Positions 31,145 through 32,000 of a DNA stretch of 32,000 nt are shown piece after piece. Made by a program: the position numbers and the translations under genes. The stretch's first letter is position 1. Each line of letters opens with the position of its first letter. The notes below the pieces were generated by a model. The model was not told the DNA's origin. It made no database searches and saw nothing but the letters and a program-made list of their open reading frames with translations. Source of the stretch: Erysipelotrichaceae bacterium (GTDB lineage: Bacteria > Bacillota_I > Bacilli_A > Erysipelotrichales > Erysipelotrichaceae); assembly GCA_030604855.1 (NCBI GenBank), contig JAUVVC010000004.1, forward strand, positions 150,001-182,000, given 5' to 3'.

Positions 31145-31594
31145 ATGATCAACCGTGTTGTTTTGGTAGGAAATCTAACAAGAGATCCTCAGTTTAGTAA
31201 AACGCAGTCGGGTAAATCCTTTGTACGTTTTACCGTCGCGGTAAATCGACGTTTCGGAGGCAAGGACGAAGCTGATTTCATCAGCTGTGTCGCTTGGGAA
31301 AGAACAGCCGATATTATCTCGCAGTATGCAAAAAAAGGGACGACGGTTGGCGTTGAAGGACGAATCACAACAGGGAGTTATGATGATAAGACGACAGGCA
31401 AGAAAGTCTATACGACGGATGTGACCTGCGATAATGTTCAACTTATTGGCTCGCGTAATCAATCAAGCGAAGCACAGCAGACTTCTCCGGCACAGCCAAA
31501 ATCGGGTGGATACTACCCGGATGCGCAGGTTTCGGATGATGATTTCAACACAGGTCCATTACTGGATATCTCCAGTGACGACCTTCCATTTTAG
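31145..31594 (+). CDS. ssb: Single-stranded DNA-binding protein
   Basis: OB-fold N-terminus [15 protein letters not shown] and acidic C-terminal tip DDLPF. Confidence 0.95.
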   Translation: MINRVVLVGNLTRDPQFSKTQSGKSFVRFTVAVNRRFGGKDEADFISCVAWERTADIISQYAKKGTTVGVEGRITTGSYDDKTTGKKVYTTDVTCDNVQLIGSRNQSSEAQQTSPAQPKSGGYYPDAQVSDDDFNTGPLLDISSDDLPF

Positions 31595-31608
31595 CGAAAG
31601 GAGATCTC

Positions 31609-31839
31609 ATGGCATTTAAAAAGCAAAGAGTAGCACGCAAAAAGGTTTGTTACTTCAAAAAAAATAACATTACTGTCATTGACTATAAAGATTTGGAACT
31701 TTTAAAGCGTTTCATTTCAGCCAATGGTAAGATTATTCCAAGACGCGTTACCGGTACTGGTGCTAAATACCAACGTTTGTTGGCTACAGCAATCAAACGT
31801 GCACGTCAAATGGCTTTACTACCTTACGTAGCCGACTAA
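31609..31839 (+). CDS. rpsR: 30S ribosomal protein S18
   Basis: 76 aa with [14 protein letters not shown]...[10 protein letters not shown]. Confidence 0.95.
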   Translation: MAFKKQRVARKKVCYFKKNNITVIDYKDLELLKRFISANGKIIPRRVTGTGAKYQRLLATAIKRARQMALLPYVAD

Positions 31840-31847
31840 AAATCAGA

Positions 31848-31878
31848 ACCTCCATCTTGTCGGTGGAGGTTTATTTTA
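31848..31878 (+). terminator. Intrinsic terminator after rpsR
   Basis: Stem ACCTCCATC/GGTGGAGGT (one G-U pair) with loop TTGTC, then TTATTTTA. Confidence 0.75.
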
Positions 31879-31881
31879 TCT

Positions 31882-32000
31882 ATGAAAAAACAAGTGAGAA
31901 CCATAACAGAAGGATCGATGATGCTTGCCATCATTGGTTTGTTTCTGTTCCTAAATCTACAAACGGCTGGTTTGCTTCAGATGTACCTCATCTGGGCAGT
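31882..32000 (+). CDS. YybS-like (DUF2232) membrane protein, 3'-truncated by the window edge
   Basis: MKKQVRTITEGSMMLAIIGLFLF... resembles the N-terminus of B. subtilis YybS, which follows rpsR (from memory). Only 39 codons are visible. Confidence 0.5.
   Translation, partial: MKKQVRTITEGSMMLAIIGLFLFLNLQTAGLLQMYLIWA

Overview
This window is mostly core genome from a low-GC Gram-positive bacterium (Bacillota). From memory, the gene order resembles Bacillus subtilis neighbourhoods; the species cannot be identified from sequence alone. The genetic code is standard (code 11): TGA terminates prfA and atpI, and no recognised gene has an in-frame TGA.

Plus strand, in order: pyrG (5'-truncated), murA, rpmE, tdk, prfA, prmC, rpiB, glyA, upp; a complete F1Fo ATP synthase operon (atpI-B-E-F-H-A-G-D-C) followed by a DUF1146-like small membrane ORF; mreB/mbl; an orphan MazF/PemK-like gene; tilS, hpt, ftsH; hslO, dusB, lysS; and a GNAT acetyltransferase.

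The only accessory-looking block is on the minus strand at about 24.5-29.5 kb. It runs cobalamin riboswitch -> DUF4430-like putative B12 binder -> ECF S-component-like membrane protein -> PduO-type adenosyltransferase -> class II (B12-dependent) ribonucleotide reductase, then a terminator and a secreted or anchored DUF2202/ferritin-like protein.

The window ends with ispD, a lipoprotein, rpsF-ssb-rpsR and the start of a YybS-like membrane protein. I saw no tRNA, rRNA, CRISPR, IS or phage genes.

I do not see a convincing wholly new system. The items most worth a second look are:
- the B12 scavenge/activate/use cluster and its regulatory logic;
- a Na+-type ion-binding signature in the ATP synthase c subunit;
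- the orphan MazF-like protein with an N-terminal extension, preceded by a 5-codon mini-ORF;
- candidate ribosomal-protein leaders upstream of rpsF and rpmE.

Several ORF-track starts were moved downstream to ATGs that have a GGAGG-type Shine-Dalgarno sequence (SD).
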